Shown: positions 59,429-64,000 of the stretch, in pieces | How positions within the stretch are numbered: the first letter of the stretch is position 1 | Layout of the letters: the number at the start of each line of letters is the position of its first letter | The notes under the pieces: model-generated | Database searches by the model: none | Told to the model about the DNA's origin: nothing | The model's input: the letters and a program-made list of their open reading frames with translations, nothing else | Assembly (NCBI GenBank): GCA_029261215.1 | Contig: JAJDBT010000050.1 | Coordinates: 17,982 to 81,981, forward strand | DNA length: 64,000 nt | Reading direction: 5' to 3' | Origin: Nitrospirota bacterium | Lineage (GTDB): Bacteria; Nitrospirota; Nitrospiria; SBBL01; JAADHI01 | Program-made: the position numbers and the translations under genes

Positions 59429-61114
59429 CTAACTTAAGAACCCACGACGATGAAAATATTCTTGGACTTTTTGGATCTCCTCTGCTTTTTTTGCATCGGA
59501 CCAATGATGTTCCTCTGCCATTAGACCTGCACACACCTGAATCGCCCCATTTCCAGGAAATCCACATGTCCCCAAGTCTGTTCTTCTGAAGACGACATCT
59601 GCCAACGTTATCGCCATTTCTTCTTGAACGGCATGTTTAACTTCCGCCTGAATAGTCGTAGATTCTGATACTTTTTCATACAAAGCCGGTTTTTTTTCAG
59701 CATAATTCAAAACACGAGGATACTCTGACCCATAGTTTCGGGCAAGGGCTTCCATTACGGATGCATTGATCTTGGCAGGGCGCCGCTCTTGGGCTTGATT
59801 GATAAACGACTTGAAATAATTAATCTTTCCTCCAAAAATCGGGGTTATTTCCGTCTTGGACACCCTATCGTTTAGATTGAGCTTTTTACATACAAGATCA
59901 ATGGCCTTTTCGGCCCCGCCCCTGGCCATGGTCGCTCGAACTCCGATGAGCGTCACCAAGCCTTCCACCTGATCTTCTCTATTGTGATCAATAATGAGTG
60001 ATCGTTTTCCAAAACTCATTTTTCCATCGGTTTGTTTTTCTTTATCTCCAAACAAAGTGAGGCCGGTATTGATCATGGAAACATCATTCAAAGTCAGGGC
60101 CAATGCGGGATAGGCTAAATTCACTTCATCCAAATAGCCTTGAATTTCCTCAACTTTTACAGAGACCTCATCCGGTTTTTCTTCAAAAACCTTGTGCCAT
60201 ACCCCCACAAGGGTATGTCCCCTCCAGGGCGACAAAAAGACATGTCGTCCTCCTCTGTCCAAAACGGCATCCTGATCTCCAGTCCCCATAGAACAGGCCA
60301 AACCGTATTGTGTAGAGAAAGACTTCTTCACAACAAAAGCAAGATCTCGTGAAAAAGTCGGTGTTGTCTTTAATGAAAGGCTCGGCCTTTTATTCAATAT
60401 GCGATGGCTCCACGGCCCGGCCGTCACAAGCACCATTTTACCCCGAATATTGAATCGGTTTTGGGTCAAACAATCTTTTGCCATCACCCCACTGACACGA
60501 TTACCTTCCATAATAAAATCGGTGGCCTCAACGTAATTCGCCGCATCTGCGCCCTCTTCCACTGCAGATCTTAAAAATGAAATGGCAAGTCGGGGCGGGT
60601 TATAATATTGCCCTTCATTAAGCACAGCCCCGCCTGTAAGGCCTTTGCTCGGTAAGTTTGGAAATACCTCCAGGACTTTCTTCGTGGGTAAAAACCCACC
60701 ATCAGGAATTTGCCGTTCCGTATCCTGGAGATTACGATTGCGATCTAATGTCAAAAGATCATAGACCGCAAACCCACTCATCAAGAATATTTTACCTTTT
60801 AATCCATGTCCATAGGTCGGAATGACGATAGGTAACGGATGAACAAGATGGGACGCAATTTTCAAAAGAGCAGCCCTCTCCCGACTGGACTGACGAACCC
60901 GAACCAAGTCGGCATGCTGCAGGTATCGAATCCCGCCATGGACGAGTTTATAATGATTGGCTGAAGTCGCCTGACAAAAATCAGATTTTTCGATTATAGC
61001 GACTGAAAGTCCACGGAGTGCTGCATCCCATGCCGCGCATACCCCATAAATGCCGCCACCGACAATCACAAGGTCATACGCTCGATCAGATAATGCAGAT
61101 ATTGCTCTTTTCAT
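59429..61114 (-). CDS. FAD-dependent glycerol-3-phosphate dehydrogenase/oxidase-like protein
   Basis: YDLVIVGGGIYG, DAALRGLSV, KLVHGGIRYL, EMAITLADVVFRRT. Confidence 0.87.
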   Translation of the reverse strand: MKRAISALSDRAYDLVIVGGGIYGVCAAWDAALRGLSVAIIEKSDFCQATSANHYKLVHGGIRYLQHADLVRVRQSSRERAALLKIASHLVHPLPIVIPTYGHGLKGKIFLMSGFAVYDLLTLDRNRNLQDTERQIPDGGFLPTKKVLEVFPNLPSKGLTGGAVLNEGQYYNPPRLAISFLRSAVEEGADAANYVEATDFIMEGNRVSGVMAKDCLTQNRFNIRGKMVLVTAGPWSHRILNKRPSLSLKTTPTFSRDLAFVVKKSFSTQYGLACSMGTGDQDAVLDRGGRHVFLSPWRGHTLVGVWHKVFEEKPDEVSVKVEEIQGYLDEVNLAYPALALTLNDVSMINTGLTLFGDKEKQTDGKMSFGKRSLIIDHNREDQVEGLVTLIGVRATMARGGAEKAIDLVCKKLNLNDRVSKTEITPIFGGKINYFKSFINQAQERRPAKINASVMEALARNYGSEYPRVLNYAEKKPALYEKVSESTTIQAEVKHAVQEEMAITLADVVFRRTDLGTCGFPGNGAIQVCAGLMAEEHHWSDAKKAEEIQKVQEYFHRRGFLS

Positions 61115-61176
61115 AGGGTTTTATCTTAATGCTGAGTGTGATCTTCAAGAAATGGTGGAAAACACAAAATCATCGA

Positions 61177-62022
61177 CTATTCAAGAGGCACTGCAGCCAA
61201 GTCGCTCATGGGGGCAAATTTAAAATCTGAAAGCAGACTGCGAAGAGTCTGCTCTGTTTTGCCTAAGTTAACATAATGACGAAATTTGGAGAGTCGACTT
61301 CCATTAATTCGCGGCTGCTTCGGGTCAACTTCCCAAGGGTGTAAATAAACAATAGCGGGCTGCTGTTCTTTTAGATTTAAGTGCTTAATCGCCCATTTTG
61401 TAAGAGAATAAGGAAAAAGCCTTAGATACCCTCCACCCCCAACCGGCAGATTCACTCCACAAAACCTCAATGTACTGAGTGGAAACTCACGTATGCTGCC
61501 AGACTGACGTTCAATTACATGAGAGAAGCGCTCGGCATTTGGGATTCCATATCTATCATGAACGACAGGAAAAATACTTGAGTCATATAAAAACCCCTCC
61601 TCAATCAATATGTCTATTGCCCAGAGACTTTCGCCAGTGATGGAGTAACTCGCCGCCCGATAACCATTGACCGCTTTACCAATAATATCTTCGAGGATCT
61701 TTTTAGATAAGCGGGTCTCTTCCCTAAATTTATCAGGTGTTTGAGTATAAACTCGTTGGTGACTGTATCCGTGAGATGACACTTCATGACCCCGTTGATG
61801 AATTGCTTTTACCAGTTTCGGGTGGCGTTGCGCAACCCAGCCCAAAACAAAAAAAGTGGCATAGGCCTGAGTCTCCTCAAGAAGATCAAGCAGGAGATAC
61901 GTATTTTTCTCGACACGACTTTCATAGCTCCCCCATGAGTCAGAGGGGACAACGGACTCAAAGGCTGAAACCTGATAATAGTCTTCCACATCAATTGTAA
62001 TGGCATTGACCATTTTATTCAC
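61177..62022 (-). CDS. XrtA-system polysaccharide deacetylase (TIGR03006-like)
   Basis: NAITIDVEDYYQVSAF, ATFFVLGWVA, SHGYSH, GYRAASYS, GGGGYLRL, YLHPWEVDP. Confidence 0.92.
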   Translation of the reverse strand: MNKMVNAITIDVEDYYQVSAFESVVPSDSWGSYESRVEKNTYLLLDLLEETQAYATFFVLGWVAQRHPKLVKAIHQRGHEVSSHGYSHQRVYTQTPDKFREETRLSKKILEDIIGKAVNGYRAASYSITGESLWAIDILIEEGFLYDSSIFPVVHDRYGIPNAERFSHVIERQSGSIREFPLSTLRFCGVNLPVGGGGYLRLFPYSLTKWAIKHLNLKEQQPAIVYLHPWEVDPKQPRINGSRLSKFRHYVNLGKTEQTLRSLLSDFKFAPMSDLAAVPLE

Positions 62023-62038
62023 CTAAACATCTTTAACA

Positions 62039-63349
62039 TTACTTGATGATCCGCCAGGGTGGGGCCACTGCAGTAAGGGTCACCGAAACAACATTCCGTT
62101 CCCCATCCCCCCCTAAAACCGACACTGAATTAGAATCCTGCCTCAAGTGAGAATAATTGAATCCAGCACTCAACCATTCCAACAACAATACAGACATTCC
62201 CACTTCGCCACTTAATATGGTTAAATCTACTTCATTACCAGATACAGACTTGTTTGTGGAATAATTCGCTTCGAGATATGAATCAATCCGCTCACTAAGC
62301 CTTCTACTGGCACTACCAACAATCGATTGGCTTCGAGTCACACTTCGAACCACACCAAGGCCAGTCGATACACCCCTAGAGTAACGGAGTGACATATTAC
62401 CAGATTGATATCTCTTAAAAATTTCTCCAGAAAAAGTTGGCTCCAGTGACTCCCCCTCGAAAAAAGAAACACCAACCTCCCCTCTCACAGTAACGAGCTT
62501 TGAAAGCCTATGATCTAAGCCCGTTTGGAGAGAATGAATCAACTGATCGTTCCCATCTCCAGTTGTCCAAGCCGCACCATAGGAACCCGTCCAAGCTGTT
62601 CGAGTGGATAGATCGTAACGATAAACGCCTCCTAATTTTGTCTGGTGCGCATTTCGGTCTTCAAATTGCTCCCCTGAAAAACGCGTAATAACATTAATGT
62701 AAGAACTGGTCAATGTGAAACGTGTTGACCAGTCATACAACAACAAAATACCCGCTTGGTTTTGAAAGGTGTCTGTTTTCCCTAGTTGGATCCCTTGTCC
62801 AGTCCCTTGAGGAAGTTCTCGCCTCCTCTCCAGCGAAGCTTGATCTTCCCCTCCGCCTAAAGCGACAGCGGGAAGACCCGGAGAAAACGACATTTCCTCA
62901 ATTACCCGAACTTCAACACCTTTTATTCTTCGATTTAAAAAAGGAATATCTAGGTCAAAAGATAACGAATGAAAGAGACTGTCCTCTGCAGAGCTATACG
63001 AATAAAACTGTGCCGATGCAGTGTATCGCATGGATAGAGAAACATTCTTGCTCGAATAGGCGAGTTTAAGTGAAGGCGAAATAGTGGAGACAAAACCAGC
63101 GTCCTGATTTGTTTCTGAAAAAAAGATATTGTCATTGTAATTCTCAGAGAGAGAAAACGAGGAGTCAAGGATAACTGCAGCGTTGATTTCGAAGGGAAAC
63201 CCAATGACAAGCAACAAAAGAATTGCCCATATAGAAACCCAAGGAGTTCTCTCTATAAAAACCTTAATAAGATTCTCTTTCCTAGTAGACGGTGGCAAGG
63301 ACCACCATTTCGGGTCATTAAGCGTATCAAAAAGCCCCTCTTTATCCAA
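62039..63349 (-). CDS. Outer-membrane beta-barrel protein of an EPS export system
   Basis: Signal-like segment, SENYNDNIF...STISPSL N-terminal pattern, alternating amphipathic strands; first gene of the EPS run. Exact start uncertain. Confidence 0.75.
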   Translation of the reverse strand: MDKEGLFDTLNDPKWWSLPPSTRKENLIKVFIERTPWVSIWAILLLLVIGFPFEINAAVILDSSFSLSENYNDNIFFSETNQDAGFVSTISPSLKLAYSSKNVSLSMRYTASAQFYSYSSAEDSLFHSLSFDLDIPFLNRRIKGVEVRVIEEMSFSPGLPAVALGGGEDQASLERRRELPQGTGQGIQLGKTDTFQNQAGILLLYDWSTRFTLTSSYINVITRFSGEQFEDRNAHQTKLGGVYRYDLSTRTAWTGSYGAAWTTGDGNDQLIHSLQTGLDHRLSKLVTVRGEVGVSFFEGESLEPTFSGEIFKRYQSGNMSLRYSRGVSTGLGVVRSVTRSQSIVGSASRRLSERIDSYLEANYSTNKSVSGNEVDLTILSGEVGMSVLLLEWLSAGFNYSHLRQDSNSVSVLGGDGERNVVSVTLTAVAPPWRIIK

Positions 63350-63895
63350 AGGACAGTTCTAATAAAAACAAAAGCTTTTACAAGGATTGCAACTAATCAG
63401 CATGAGATATTATTAGAAATTTTATGCCACTCGTATCTCACGAACATTCCCGGATAAAAAGACCAATACCGCCTATTTTCAAATGATAAGGCAAGTAATC
63501 GAAGTCACACTGATATCCGAACCCCTGCCCAAGTGAGACCAAGAAATCCTAAAAATAGTGCCTTCTCCAAGCCGTATTCTAAGCCTCATAATGTTTGATT
63601 CTTTCTTCCCGGAACAGTTTCATTTAAAAGTATCCCTCTTCCACGATGAGAAACGACACCATTCCATAGTAATTACTGAGATTAAACTGGGCAAAAAGCC
63701 GCCTGGCAAAGAACTCAAGCTCCGAGCCGATTAACTCTAGCCTCAGAGGTGTGCTCTCTTCCTAGCCTTTGTATTTGCCACAGATCCTTCATCTCTTAAC
63801 CTGTTTTTAATTGATTTAGAAAATCCTTGAACCAAATCTGGACAAAGCTTATCCAATGCGTTCGCTCTTGTCAATCAAGCCTTCAGACCTCTAGC

Positions 63896-64000
63896 CTAAA
63901 TGGAAAATGAGAAGATAATGACAAGATGAATGAGCATAAAAATCAAACCCATTAAACAATAAACCAGAGGAGATGTTGAAGTCTTATCTAGCCCCTTTTC
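63896..64000 (-). CDS. Possible 3' end of an upstream membrane protein
   Basis: Open frame from the window end: EKGLDKTSTSPLVYCLMGLIFMLIHLVIIFSFSI*. Hydrophobic C-terminal segment, too short to be sure. Confidence 0.3.
   Translation of the reverse strand, partial: EKGLDKTSTSPLVYCLMGLIFMLIHLVIIFSFSI

Noticed and set aside
63406-63430. Sigma54 promoter (TGGCA...) expected for PEP-CTERM loci
   Set aside because: The -24 TGGCA is present but GC is absent at the required -12 spacing. The same holds for candidates near 42130 and 42230.
63462-63473. ops/JUMPstart-like GGCGGTA on the minus strand upstream of the EPS run
   Set aside because: Only the first 7 nt match GGCGGTAGnnTG and there is no JUMPstart hairpin.
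1-64000. CRISPR arrays, tRNA/rRNA genes, transposases, prophage genes, PEP-CTERM tails
   Set aside because: None recognised by eye. A covariance-model search could still find small RNAs in the larger gaps.

Overview
Bacterial chromosomal window with two parts. (1) About 1-21.4 kb is housekeeping and accessory: a CheY-like/CheC-like/PAS-GGDEF signalling triad cut by the window start, thyA-folA, a DUF2061-like gene, a four-gene lipid or sterol-modifying operon (ChoD-like GMC oxidase, Cys-nucleophile alpha/beta hydrolase, acetoacetate-decarboxylase-like protein, patatin), mutS, a SagB-type dehydrogenase, a 4-Cys YggX, nth, rnr, a CBS protein and an ABC-ATPase/ExbB/ExbD/TonB unit. (2) About 21.5-63.4 kb is one long minus-strand exopolysaccharide/glycosylation locus of the PEP-CTERM/exosortase-A-associated type. 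It holds an outer-membrane barrel, two deacetylases, FemAB-like, AsnB-like and O-antigen-ligase-like proteins, many glycosyltransferases, two flippases, ManC, an ACP/ligase/SDR/acyltransferase module and a GlpD-like oxidase. No exosortase or PEP-CTERM protein is visible in the window. The most striking unexplained signal is that three unrelated secreted proteins in this locus end in the same 14-residue tail, D-x-x-[PE]-P-x-x-P-x-G-L-x-V-[KE]-COOH. It resembles an isolated first beta-strand of a fibronectin-III domain and is a candidate sorting or docking tag. Other notable points: an active plus apparently dead pair of ArnC/GtrB-like glycosyltransferases, and a ~190-aa domain shared by the oxidase and the patatin. 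All family calls come from motif recognition by eye; no database searches were run. No rRNA, tRNA, CRISPR array or transposase was seen.
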